From assembly GCA_963575745.1 (NCBI GenBank), contig CAUYUJ010000192.1:1-64000 (forward strand): 64,000 bases of DNA, given 5' to 3'. How positions within the stretch are numbered: the first letter of the stretch is position 1; every line of letters begins with the position of its first letter. The DNA comes from Prorocentrum cordatum. Lineage: Eukaryota. Under the pieces are notes generated by a model. It was not told where the DNA came from. It searched no databases and was given only the letters and a program-made list of their open reading frames with translations. Both the position numbers and the translations under genes were made by a program. Positions 12,630-24,200 of this stretch are shown one piece after another.

Positions 12630-13809
12630 CGGGGTCTTACGTTTCGTTGGTTCTGTACTATCTTACAACAGAGCATTCCGGCACCCGTTAAAGGGATGCG
12701 GTGAAGCAGCAGGAGGAAGAATATGGATGATGACGACGGTGATGGTGATCACGACGATGATGATGAGGAGGAGGTGGAAGGGGGGCGAGTCAGGGGAGGA
12801 TGATGATGATGAGGAGGAGGAGGAGGAAGGGGTGGAGAAGCAACGGGGTGAGGTAGGAACGGGTCTGGGCGCCTTCGTGTCACAGTCAGACAGACATATA
12901 TGGGAACTTCTCGTTTGTTGCCGTTCAATAGGTCCTGTCTTGGAGTGTCCCTGGGGCCCGGGGGGCCCGCGCGTCGAGACATTCTCAACCTGTCGAGGTG
13001 GTTCCGCCCGATTTGCATTTGACATCCTCGCAAGTCTGCGTTCGGATGCGACCGGATCTGAGATGGTCCAAGCCATTTCGCCTGAGACATCCTGGCAGTT
13101 CCTGCCTCTCCTTCTCTCCGTCTTCGCCCCTCCTTACCTGTCCTCCTCCTCCTCCACCTCCTCTCCCTTCTGCCGGCGCCCTTGGGATCTTGGCGGGGAC
13201 GTCGAACTTGCGACCGGCCAGAGGAGGAGGAGGTGGCGGAGTCGGGCGCATTCGTGTCATATACGTTTTCGTTGCTCTCGGGAGACTCTTCGTCGCCACG
13301 GTTGGACGCGCTACGAAAGTGTCTTGTGATGTGGCGTCGGTGCCTGGCCCGCCGTCGCAGATCAAGGCACGCCTGGTCGACGTAATGTTTTTTGTTGCAT
13401 TGTGTCAACCAGCATTTTCAGTCCGCTCTCAATTGAAAAACGTGTGTGGGTTCCGTTTGTGGAAGAGGGCCGTCTGTCATATCGCCACATCCCCGTATTG
13501 TGTAGAGGATGAGGTACAAGAGGAGGAGGAGGAGAGGGAGGGCGGGCCCGGGGGGGGAGTATTGTGGATGATGAGGGAGAAGAGAGCTGAGAGGGGGAGT
13601 GAAAATAGCGAGCAAATCTGGGGGGGCGCGTGCCTTTAATATTCGTGTTCTCGAAGGGGGAAACGCTCGCAACATTTTCAAACATCGTTTTTTTTGTATA
13701 TTCTGGAGATTGACGCTGGGGACCACATGTGTTTGCCAGAGTTTAGAGTTTTCGTGCTGCGCTGCAGAACAGAGGGTTTTGCCAGGACGTCACCACTGAA
13801 ATGCACGCT

Positions 13810-14170
13810 CGCGCGCGCCACGCCGCAGACACACCACGGGGGCACCTCCGGCGCGCCGGGCACAAAATCGCACCGACGCGCATAAACACGTGGAGCCACT
13901 GATGTGATTTGTATGCGACGTCTGCATGTTTTTGGTGCGTTGGCGGTGCTCGTTTCGCAGGTTAGCGCGGGGGAAAGTGTTTTCATTCCCTTTAAAGGAA
14001 TTAACGTTTTCCCCCCAAGCCAGCCTGCAAAAGAAGCCCCGCCAGCACACCTCAAAACATGCACACGTGTAGCATAAATGACGCAAGTGCTTTCACGTGT
14101 TCATGCGTGTCGCTGCGATTTTGTGGCCTGTGTGCTGGTGGTGTGCCCGCGGTGTGCGCGCGGTGCGGTT
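13810..14170. repeat. Foldback/MITE-like inverted repeat inside the transposon
   Basis: CACAAAATCGCACCGACGCGCATAAACACGTG (13861-13892) pairs with ~14094-14125. Inner arms also pair, centred on ATTCCCTTTAAAGGAAT (~13993). Confidence 0.8.
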
Positions 14171-14774
14171 TCCCATGACTGTTCCCATGCCCGCGATGAT
14201 CCTTGCCCCACGATTTTTCATGACTGTTCTCATGAAAACACAGGAGCTGCAATCCAAGAAATCGCTTCCGCTCTGGCCGAGGAGTGGTTTTCAGACGCCC
14301 CCGGAGGCCCATAAACATGTCATTTTGGATGCCATCTTGCGCTCTAGCACGCGGCGCTCGGGCCAGGAAAAACACCCATTTCATAAGGAATATGCGGGTT
14401 CACCTTGTTTGTTGAACTTCTTGTATACCTGTATTCCTTACTTAGGCCACCCAGTGCCAACTTGGAGACCATCTTGTGCTCGAGCACGCGGCGCTGGGTC
14501 CAGCAGAAGGCTCAATTCGATAGTGGAATGTGCGGGTTCAGCTCATATGTTTATTTTCATAGGGAAATCTGCGGGCACAAGTTGTTTGTTGAACTTATTG
14601 TTTGGCTTGTATTCCTTCCCTGGGCTATCATGTCCCATTTCGGGGACTACTTTGTGCTCGAACGTTGTGCGCAGTTTTCTGCACAATGGTTCATTTCATA
14701 AGGGAATCTGCGGTTCGCTGGAAAAAAACATAAGGGAATCTGCGGGTTCAGGATTTTTACATTGTGTGTATTGT

Positions 14775-15000
14775 GCTATCCCTTGCAATATTGGATGCTA
14801 TCTTGGGCCATCCCTTGCAATATTGGATGCTATCTTTGGTCATCTTGGGCTATCCCTTGCAATATTGGATGCTATGCTGGGCCATCTTGGGCTATCCCTT
14901 CCAATGGTGGATTTTATATTGGGCTTTCCCTTGCAATATTGGTTTGCCTACGTGGGCTATCCTCTGCGATATTGGATGCTATCTTGGGTCATCTTGAATG
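14775..15000. repeat. Minisatellite (~33-43 bp unit, core GCTATCCCTTGCAATATTGGAT) upstream of the transposase
   Basis: About six degenerate copies read directly. Confidence 0.85.
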
Positions 15001-15074
15001 CCCCAGGATGCTGTTAAGAGGGCCCCAAGATTGCCCTGTGCTTCTCGCTCGGCGCCGCTCGTGCTTCTTTTTGC

Positions 15075-15096
15075 GCAGTAGACATTTTGGCTCAAT
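15075..15096 (+). other. Dinoflagellate spliced-leader relic abutting the transposase ATG
   Basis: GCAGTAGACATTTTGGCTCAAT matches DCCGTAGCCATTTTGGCTCAAG at 19 of 22 positions and follows a pyrimidine tract with an AG. Confidence 0.85.
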
Positions 15097-18000
15097 GTCC
15101 TCACGGGCGTCTCAGGTAGCCACTGCCTTGCGGGACCCTTTGGCTGACCCTGCTTCTCTGGTGCAGGCTTTCCGTCATGCGCAAGAGCTGACGTCTGCGT
15201 GCGCGTCGCTCGATGCATTGAGACAGTTGCTGGTGCATGAGGCGCTGGGCAGCGCATTGCGTTACTTTTCCAATAGGGTTGATTTGCCAGGCCACTTGCA
15301 GGAGCAAGCGAAATGCTTTATCAAAGAAGTTTCTAAGAATGCCCGGCAGCGGGGGCAAGGAGCAGCGCCTCGTGCTGCGGCGCCCATGCCCTGCGACATC
15401 CAGGTCTCTTCTCCGTCATCGCCGGTCATTGAGATCGCATGTCCCGAAGCCCGCAGCCTTGCAGAGTCGCCAGATTGCGATGTGGATGAACCCTCCCATC
15501 CAGAGGAAAGCGACGTTGAAGTCGAGATGCCCGTTGGCCCAGACAGCGCAGAGGAGCCGACCAGAGCAGCGCCCACTGCGACCGCGTCTGTTTTTGAAGT
15601 TCCCGGGGAAGTCGCACCTGGGCGAAAGTTGTGGGTGCCGACTCAAAGGGGTTGCCCAATCCACCCCCAGGCTGCCAAAGTATTGAGCAACGCTGCGGAG
15701 GTATTGAACCACTTATTGTCTGACGGGCCCGTAACCCAAGGCACCAGACGTGCAAAGCGCAAGCGGAAAGCTGAGCTGCGGGAGGCATCCTCCCGCGAGC
15801 TCCTTGCAGAGTTGGCTGGGCGACTCCATCTTCCACGGGGTTGCGCCAGGGGCGCTGGATTGTCGCATAAGTTTGTCTCTGGGTTGACGTGCGTCCCACC
15901 GCGGACAGTTCAGGACCTCCATCGGCAGTACTCTTCTGGTTATCACGTCCCTCAGGCCATCGACCCAAACGCCGAAGAAGAAACGCCGATGACCGATGTT
16001 TCCCAGACTGCCCGCACAGCTGTTGGCCGGGCGATCGCGTCCGCCGCAGTGGACGGGCGTTCCAGAGATTCCGTCGTCGAGGAGCTTAATCGGTTGAGAT
16101 TGAGCGGTTGTTCGTTGGGAGCCAAATTTTTGAATGCTAAGTTCGTGGAAGCTTTTGAGCATTGTTTGGCCCGTGTTGTGCGGAGCGAGCTCGCTGACAT
16201 CCTCGTTGCGGAAGTCCCTTCGATTGGCATCAGGTTCGACTTTGGCCTTTTCGCAGATTCTGGCACCATCGGCAAGGTATTCAAGAGCGTCCGAGCCACA
16301 GTGCTGATCATTGGGGCGATCGTGGCAACGCCAACGCATCCCACCGACGACGTTAGCTCGATCTTGCTCGGGACTCCACCTGAGGGGCACGACGGCGGGG
16401 GCGACGCGCTTTATCTTTGCATGGCGCGATGCTTGGATGAGACTCCGTGGAAGATCACCGTGGGGGCCGCGAGGTCATCTCTGGCGGTCGTGGGCGTCGA
16501 CGGCCAATACGCAGCGGGTGAGACGAGCAAGCATAACCACATCGATGTTTTTTCCCGCTTGTTCACTGGAATTGGCCGAGCTCCTCGTGTGAACTGGGGT
16601 CATTTCCATCGCGTCGACCATGCGGGTGTGAACGCTATAAAGGCATGCGTGACTGCTCGGAACTTCATGGCGCTCTTGCACGACTTGGAGTCCACGTTCG
16701 GCTGGGGCCAGGGGCGCCAGCTGCATCGGGGCGTGAACGATGTTTTAGATGCGCCCCAGCTGTCGCACAAATACCCAGGTGGAGTTCGCAAGTTTACATA
16801 CCTCACAGAGACGGCCCGCAGATTTCTGTTGAAGTTCAAGTCGTGGGTGCGGACGGTCGATGCCAGGAAACGGCACAGGGAGGAGGAGAAGCGAGGGACT
16901 CATAATCTGGAGTGGTGGAGTGATTTCACGTTGCGCGTATCGGACCTCACGACTATCATGTTCGCAGTCCTCATGGATGGGGCATTGCGCGCGTCGGGTT
17001 CCTACGCTCGACTCGTGCAAGAGACCTCTCTGTTGCCCTCGCGGAAGGCGCGCGGCACCGCATCCTTGATGCGCGCATTTCAAAGGATGTTGGCGGCCAG
17101 ATCCGCGATCGGACAGTTTTGCGACTTCATCATGTTGCTGATAGGGTGCGTTGGCAATGAGGATATCGAGAGGTTTGTTTTCTGCTGGGCTTTGTACAAA
17201 TGGGGCAATCTGTTTCCGATGCTCCCCCGGCGGTTGGCAGGCGCTCTAGCGCGCGGCACGATCGACGACGAGGACGTGTTGCTCGACCGCCCAGGGCACG
17301 TCCCGGGCCAGGAGGAGTGGGTGGAGGTCCACGCATCCTGCCAGTGCGGCAGCAGGAAGCGGACAGATCCACGTCGCGCGTGGGTTAGTTGTGGGAAGTC
17401 TCGCGTCCTTGCGCCCACTTGGGTTGCGCAGCACAAGCGTCTGACTCTGTCTGCCGCTCTGGATCAGGCGCCCATCCGGCGGCATTACGTCGGACGAATG
17501 CGCCTGCCGGCAAATCGACATTGCCGAGTCCGGGCTCCTGCATGGGCATTGGCAAAGATCAAGACTGCCCTCGCCGAGTTCGACGTTTTCGTTGCAAATT
17601 TGGTTTCCGAGTTTGAATTCTACGAGGGTGATGGGGGCACCACCCGAGCTACCAAACATTTTTTCGACGTTGTTGCCATTTGTTTTGCGCCGGAAAACAT
17701 GTCGGCCGAGGTATCCGACGATTGCGTGGCGGCTTTGGGCGAGGTATACGAGGTGGTCCGCCCAGAGTTGGAGCATGCGCTCTGGCCAGCGGCCTCAGTG
17801 GAATGGTCTTGGCTTCGTCGGCAGTGGCCTGCTTTCGGCGGCATTGCCGACCAGTACCGTGCCCTCTGCAGCAGATTGCATGCCCGCAGGCTGTCGTCGA
17901 CGCCACTTCTTCAACGCGGTGACTCGGCGGGCAGTTCTTGGCTCAAGGTGGGCGATTACTTCGTCGTGGACCTGCGGGCGTTGATGACTACCCTAGGCGC

Positions 18001-18520
18001 GGTTTGGCGCGGGGCCAGGGGTCTCCTTGCAAAGCCTGAGATTATCCGCGCTATCGCTTGTTTCGGCGGTCCGCGCGCAGCGTGGTGCAGCAGGGCAAGT
18101 TTGTTGGCCCCGAGGCCGCAGTCGGTCCCAGAGTGCTTGCGGGCCCACTGCGGGTCGCCTTCGACGTCATGGCGGAAAGGCTCCGTATGCCATGTCCGTG
18201 TTCGTGGCCAGTCGGTCCGACTAGCTGTTGTTGCGGACATGGAGATTCGCATTGACCACCAGTTGTTTTGCCAGACTCTTGAGACAGACAAATCTCTATC
18301 GCTGCACTGCTGGCACGTTGTCCGGCTGTGGCACCGCAGCCGGATGATCTTTACTGATTCTGAAGCGCGGGCGGAGAGTTGGCGCGGTTCTTTGTCTGGC
18401 TTGTGGGACCCGGTCCAAGGCTTATCCACGGCGACTTTGAGCGATCGGCTCTGTTTAAAATTGGCGGGCTTGAAGGGCAACGGACAGGATGACTACGTGA
18501 TCGCTTCGGCGTGGGCATGA
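15095..18520 (+). CDS. hAT-like DDE transposase (~1141 aa; may extend via a frameshift into 18511..19170)
   Basis: Uninterrupted ORF with hAT-ordered motifs: FGLFADSGT (D1, ~16256), LAVVGVDGQY (D2, ~16499), WGHFH in the CxxH position, GVRKF in the TRW position, and C-terminal SEARAESW..L..LS..TL.DRL (catalytic E / dimerisation region). It lies inside the TIR-bounded element. Confidence 0.8.
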   Translation: MSSRASQVATALRDPLADPASLVQAFRHAQELTSACASLDALRQLLVHEALGSALRYFSNRVDLPGHLQEQAKCFIKEVSKNARQRGQGAAPRAAAPMPCDIQVSSPSSPVIEIACPEARSLAESPDCDVDEPSHPEESDVEVEMPVGPDSAEEPTRAAPTATASVFEVPGEVAPGRKLWVPTQRGCPIHPQAAKVLSNAAEVLNHLLSDGPVTQGTRRAKRKRKAELREASSRELLAELAGRLHLPRGCARGAGLSHKFVSGLTCVPPRTVQDLHRQYSSGYHVPQAIDPNAEEETPMTDVSQTARTAVGRAIASAAVDGRSRDSVVEELNRLRLSGCSLGAKFLNAKFVEAFEHCLARVVRSELADILVAEVPSIGIRFDFGLFADSGTIGKVFKSVRATVLIIGAIVATPTHPTDDVSSILLGTPPEGHDGGGDALYLCMARCLDETPWKITVGAARSSLAVVGVDGQYAAGETSKHNHIDVFSRLFTGIGRAPRVNWGHFHRVDHAGVNAIKACVTARNFMALLHDLESTFGWGQGRQLHRGVNDVLDAPQLSHKYPGGVRKFTYLTETARRFLLKFKSWVRTVDARKRHREEEKRGTHNLEWWSDFTLRVSDLTTIMFAVLMDGALRASGSYARLVQETSLLPSRKARGTASLMRAFQRMLAARSAIGQFCDFIMLLIGCVGNEDIERFVFCWALYKWGNLFPMLPRRLAGALARGTIDDEDVLLDRPGHVPGQEEWVEVHASCQCGSRKRTDPRRAWVSCGKSRVLAPTWVAQHKRLTLSAALDQAPIRRHYVGRMRLPANRHCRVRAPAWALAKIKTALAEFDVFVANLVSEFEFYEGDGGTTRATKHFFDVVAICFAPENMSAEVSDDCVAALGEVYEVVRPELEHALWPAASVEWSWLRRQWPAFGGIADQYRALCSRLHARRLSSTPLLQRGDSAGSSWLKVGDYFVVDLRALMTTLGAVWRGARGLLAKPEIIRAIACFGGPRAAWCSRASLLAPRPQSVPECLRAHCGSPSTSWRKGSVCHVRVRGQSVRLAVVADMEIRIDHQLFCQTLETDKSLSLHCWHVVRLWHRSRMIFTDSEARAESWRGSLSGLWDPVQGLSTATLSDRLCLKLAGLKGNGQDDYVIASAWA

Positions 18521-19535
18521 TCTCCTCCGACACCTTCAACCGCTCGGGGAAGCAACTGCCTGATGAGTTGCTAGAGCGGCGCTTTCACTGCGCGCCCCAC
18601 ACAGTAGGTCTGCTTGGCATAGGAAGGCGGGAGATCCGAAGCTCTGAGGAATTCGGCGGGCCTCGCACCGCGACGTGGTGGTATGAGCAGGCGAGAGAGC
18701 GTCGCCTGCGTTTGGACATCGCCCCGTTATCGAGAGCCGACCGACGGACGGTGTTGAGCAAAGCCACCCAGGGGGCTCTGCGAGCCATGCCCTTCACGCA
18801 GAAGGCTCGCAGTCGTTTTAAGATCATGGCCCCTTCTGAGCAGATGCTTCGCTTAAGGGCGTGGCAGGAGCGAAGGCGGGGGCAGGGGCAGGTGGCCCCC
18901 CGCCCTATGTCCAAAACCAAACGGGGCCGACATGCCAGAACTGTTATCAATCATCCATCGTCGTCGCCATCAAGCGCCCAGCCCAATGCCGGTTGCATTC
19001 TCATCGTGCCGGCAAAGAGTAAACGTATGAGAGCAGTCAGAGGGTGCAGGAAGCATTGCAAGGGTGGAGGAGGGCGAGGAGGAGGAGGGAGAAGGGGATA
19101 CGGGGTGCAACTTCCAACATTGTACAGCTGCATGTCCGTCGTTGTCTCTTATGTCCCCTCCTTTTCTTGAACAGTTGGGTCTCTTAAACGGCCATCGTCG
19201 AGCCGGCTTGCGGTCGTGTCCGGCTCCCGTCGTGAGGTGCACGAACGTGTCTGTGTGTATATGTATGTGGATGTGCATATTCGGAATAGAGTTACGCATC
19301 TCATCTGAAGGGCATCGTCCTCTGCCGCCGGCCCCCTCTATGATTGTCTACGTTGTTGCGTTGATCGGGTTGGTCGGGTGTCTGGCTGGCCGGTTACCAG
19401 ACTTGGATCTCGGCTGGCTGGCCGCGTGTGCAGATGGATATTTAGCAGATTGATTGGGTGCTTGGTTGGCTGGCTGGCAGGTTGGCAGATTGGTTGGATC
19501 ATGGGCAAAACGCGCGCCACGACGACGCACAAGGC

Positions 19536-19838
19536 GAGCCCGAGGTCGGAGGGGGGTTCGGAGCTCCCTGAAATCAGGGTTCAGCCTGAACCCTGATTTC
19601 AGGAGTTCGATTTCGCGAGCTCCTGAAATCAGGAGTTCAGGCTGAACTCCTCATTCCAGGAGCTCCGAACTTTGAGCTTCGGTGTTGTTTTCGCCGAAGC
19701 TCGAAGTTCGGAGCTCCTGGAATGAGGAGTTCAGCCTGAACTCCTGATTTCAGGAGCTCGCGAAATCGAACTCTTGAAATCAGGGTTCAGGCTGAACCCT
19801 GATTTCAGGGGGCTCCGAGCCCCCCCCCGAGCTCGGAC
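19536..19838. repeat. Near-perfect ~300-bp palindrome with nested hairpins
   Basis: Arms ~19536-19684 and ~19692-19838 are reverse complements. Each contains CTGAAATCAGGGTTCAG-n-CTGAACCCTGATTTCAG. Confidence 0.92.
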
Positions 19839-20352
19839 TTGTAATTTGCAGTCGTCGTCGCGCTTGCCGGGTTCAGCCTGAACCCTGATTTCAGGGGGCT
19901 CCGAACCCCCCCTCGAGCTCGGACTTGTCATTTGGAGTCGTCGTAGCGCTTGCCAGGTTCAGCCTGAAACCTGATTTCAGGGGGCTCCGAGCTCCCCCCG
20001 AGCTCGGACTTGCTTTTTGTTGTCGTCGTAGCGCTTGCTGGGTTCAGCCTGAACCTTGATTTCAGGGGACTCCGAGCCCCCCCCCCGAGCTCGGACTTGT
20101 AATTTGCAATCGTCGTCGCGCTTGCTGGGTTCAGCCTGAACCCTGATTTCAGGGGGCTCCGAGCCCCCCCCGAGCTCGGACTTGTAATTTGCAATCGTAT
20201 CGTCGTCGCGCTTGCTGGGTTCAGCCTGACCCCTGATTGCAGGGAGTTCGGAACCCTCTCTCGAGTTCGGACGTGTCCTTTACATCGTCGTGGCGCTCGC
20301 CAGTTTCAGCCTGAACCCTGATTTCAGGGAGCTCCGAGCTCCCCCCGAGCTC
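19786..20352. repeat. ~86-bp tandem repeat, ~7 copies, derived from the palindrome arm
   Basis: Core GTTCAGCCTGAACCCTGATTTCAGGGGGCTCCGA at ~19786, 19871, 19957, 20042, 20129, 20219 and 20304. Confidence 0.9.
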
Positions 20353-20359
20353 AGCCAGT

Positions 20360-20512
20360 CTGTGTGTTTTGTGTGCGTTTTGTGTGTAAGTGTGTACGTT
20401 TGTGTGCGCACGTGCTCGTGCGTGCGTGCGCGTCGATTTGTGTTTAGGTGCATGTGTATATGTATATGTGTATGGAGTGTCTGTGTGCGCGCGCGTGTGT
20501 GTGTGTGTGTGC

Positions 20513-20546
<34 letters not shown>

Positions 20547-20576
20547 TTGCAAGTATATGTGTGTGTGTGTGTGTGA
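20360..20576. repeat. (GT)n microsatellite
   Basis: Direct reading. Confidence 0.95.
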
Positions 20577-21235
20577 TCGTCCGCGGGTCCCTCGGTGGGC
20601 CGCTTTGATGCCCCAGTGGCAACCGAAGGCGAGAGCTTTGGAAGGGGGCCCTCGCGTTCCCCAAGTTGTCCGGACTCCCTTGTCAAGGAGGGACAAAAGC
20701 TATTGTACTCTTGACGCGTCGCGTATCCCCACAGCCCATCCAGAACCGATCGTTTGACGACGTGCCCTCGTCATGGAAGTGAGGTGCGTGCAGAGGTTGA
20801 ACAGACAGGCGAGGCCCCGGTCACCCCGAAACTTTGTTTTTCAATGTTTTGGCTTGTCTGGGCATGTGAGAGGTCACCTTGAGCAATACTGAGCTATATT
20901 GGGCCGCGGTGGGGCGTATCTTTGTCTACCCGAGGTCCTCTTGGAGCCTTCTTGGGAGATATGAAGCTCCAGTCCTTCGCGTGGCCCCCCCTGCAGACCA
21001 AGGGGGGGTAGTCGGGCCCCCCGAAGGGGAACGCAGTAGGGGGCAAAGGGGGGTCGGAAGAGCACACTTCGAAGCCACCGCGCCCTAAAAGCCTGGAGAA
21101 TGTATAATGCTACACTGCGCAACCTCATTACATGGGAATCCTTTGCCGATTGCAGTTTTGGCTCAATACTTCATTCGAGTGCTGATGCATTCTTCAGCAG
21201 CGCCGGGGACTTCGAGCCGTCAGGTTGGCAAAAGC

Positions 21236-24200
21236 ATGACAGCCCCAGATATTGTCGACCACGGCTTTCGAGTGAAGCTAGATGAGATTTCCCTCGACGA
21301 TTCTTCCGGGTGGAGGCCCGCGCAGGAGGGCGTGGTTCGAGAGTTTTACAGTTCGTTTCAGAGCACTTACATGGCGACGTTGCATCGCCCCCCTCGGCTC
21401 CTGGTGAGTTCAACAAAGTCGCCGTTGGTTTTGATGATGGACTCAGTTGGGAAGTACATGCTCGACGACGGCAAAAGCACCATCAAGGCCCTGATGCAGT
21501 TAAAAGCAGAGTACGCGGCAGGTACTCTAGGGCCATGCTGCGAGAAGTTGACGCAAGTGTTGGTGTCAGGCGAGCTCGTTGTGCAAGCGGTGCATTGCCC
21601 ATCCGGTGACACTCTCGAGAGGTTCGCCTTCAATGCGCATGCTCACGATGAGGAGAACAACGCGTTCTTGCCGACTACGGTGGCCACAAAAATCAAACTC
21701 ATCAAGTCCATCAAAGCCACAGTTCCGGGTGGCGAGTGGAACTTGGTGCAGACTTGGCTCGAAGGGAGATGCGGCGTCGCCAAACGTTCCTCCATCAAGC
21801 GGACGATCACAGCTGCCAAGTGTGTGAGCGACCGCGTAGTGGAGTTTATCGACGAGAGGGCTGCCAGGCTTGGCGCAAAACACGGCATGACATCGGGCTA
21901 CATTCTCGGGAACGATTACTTTTGCGCCCTGGATGCTAAAAAGCAGAGTACCCGACTCAGCGATGAGGAGCAGCTCGTGGCAGTTACTGTCATGGCGAAG
22001 GTGCTCGACGATGGCGCCAGCCTCACGATCGACACTTTTCAGAAAGCGGTATGTCGGCCAATTAAGTTCGCTTGCGTGTGGGTAAAGCACGTTACCAACC
22101 AATACTCGGACGTGTTGGGCACGCCGGATGGCCACTCCATGAAAGGCGCCATCGACCGCACCCGTACCAATCCGCTCATGAACGATGGTTCGAGGGCCAA
22201 GGCCCGCAATTTGTCTAAAAAACGTTTCTTTTGGGCTTCTGGTTGAAGCCGCGTTGGAGTGGTAAGTTGTTTCCGCTTCAGGCTATCCGCGGGCCCGCGC
22301 CAGTCGTAGGGCCAGCGCTCCCTCGGGGGTAGTTGACCTTGCCCGACCCTACCCCGCAACAGCTATCGCATCGGGGTGTTGGCCTCTAGCCAGATTTTTA
22401 GTCGCTTGAACGCTGCCCCGCAGGTCGTCGAGTGCATCGCCACGAACCAGCAGCTGGCGCCCACGATTGTCGAGTGCGAGGTTTTGGTGGACTCCCTGAA
22501 GGCAGTGAGGGCTCGCTTGCGCGCCCCTGCTCTTTCGGCAAACGGCGGGGCCAATTGCGACGAAGCCGGCGACGCCCTCGACCTGGAGCTGGAGTCGATC
22601 GCGGTGAAGGGCGAGCAGGACAAGAGCAGAGTTGAATGTCGTGCCCCGGAAGAGCGGACAGCCGATGCGAAGGCACAGATGCACATGGACGCCGTCGCGA
22701 CGTTTTCCAGCCAGGCAGAGTTCAAGGCGGAGGTGGTTAGACGAGTAACAGATGCGCACACTAAGTCGGATTGGGTGATCTTGTTGGACGCGTCGAACAC
22801 AGCACGTCGCGTGCAGACCTCGTACCTCGAATTGATCAAGTCGTCCTTGTCGGAGAAGGTAACTGGCCGCATCGTCTGCATGGTCGGGCCCTCAATGGGG
22901 AACGCAGCAGCTTGCTCCGAGCAGATGGCGAGGCTATGGCCGAGGGCGAACGTGTACGACACCAAGGTGACCCAGGGCACCGAGCATGCCGACCGTTCCA
23001 GGGGGTCGCGCGGCGACGAGTACATTATCACCGTCGAACTGCCGAACGCGAAGAATGGGGCGAACGCCATCCCGCACATCCTCGTCACGACGTCCCGCGG
23101 CACCCCTTCGGATGCGGTGGTGGTCTCTTGCGACGGTGCGCGCGAGCACCTGCAGTAGAACCCCCGGGCGCAGGGCCAGCAGGGCGACGACGGCGTCCCC
23201 CCAGAGGACAGGGAGAACACCAACTTCGAGGCAATGCTGGAGGATATGATGCAGTCGGAGGACGGGGGCGGCTCGGGGAAAAAGATCCGGCGCTGGTCCT
23301 TCGCGCGCCCTTGTCGCGACGTACAGCGCAGTGTTGCGGCAGATCGGTCGGATCTCAGCCTGCAAGACGTGTATCATGGTCTCCTGCACGGCTTCCCCGA
23401 ATTCTATCCTCGCAGCGCACGCTGCTTATGCCGAGATGCTGATGGGGACCGGCCAGCACATCTTCGCGCTCGTCGACCGCCCGTCGGCCCACCTCCGATC
23501 GCACGGGCAACAGGCCCTGTTGACTGGGCTTAGGGCGGCATGCGCTCCGGCTGCTTCGAGCGCGTCCACGTCGGCCGGTTGTTTGTTGGAGAACTTGCAG
23601 TTGATCGTCGTGCCAGCTGCGTCCACCACCGTCGACATTGCTGACGTTTCATTCGCTGAGTCGTCTCCTTTATCGGGCATTGACATCACGGTGGACATCA
23701 GGGCGCGGGCGCGCGCGGCCTTCGCCATCGCTCTGAATTGCGCGGGTCCCCAGACCTCGTATATGCCGCTGCCGGGCCCCGCTCGGGCCCCGAGCGGGCC
23801 CTGGGCGGCATTGGGCCCGCGAGGCTTCCAAGGGGCCCCCCCGTTAGCTCGCGCTTTGGCGCGAGCCTGAGCGATAGCGAAGGCGGCGCCCGATGCGAAG
23901 GAAACATTTCCTTCCGTTGCGGGAGAAGGAGTCCATGGAGTACCAGCTCGTCACTCGGCCCGATGGCGACCATACTCGAGTCTATGCCAATGCGAACTTG
24001 TCCGAGGGCACCGACGTGGGCAATGCCACGCATATACTGTTCTCGACACGCGCGTCGCTGGAAGCTTTCTTGAAGTCTGCTGCTCGCCCCAGTCGCCGCC
24101 GGTTTGCCGATCGCTTGTTCAAGATTGACTCCGTCCTCTACGACGGCAGCGTCACGGCGCTGCACGGCGTGTTTGTCGGGATCGTGGGCGAAATCATGGC

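Noticed and set aside
12630..12644. Tn3-family assignment (GGGG near the end, 5-bp TSD)
   Set aside because: TIR is 15 bp rather than ~38 bp, the transposase motifs fit hAT, there is no resolvase, and the context is eukaryotic.
14762..15094. N-terminal 111 aa of the 1252-aa ORF
   Set aside because: It translates a minisatellite and lies upstream of the SL relic; ATG 15095 is the better start.
19786..20352. CRISPR-like palindromic repeats
   Set aside because: The intervening sequences are homologous to each other, so this is a tandem repeat.
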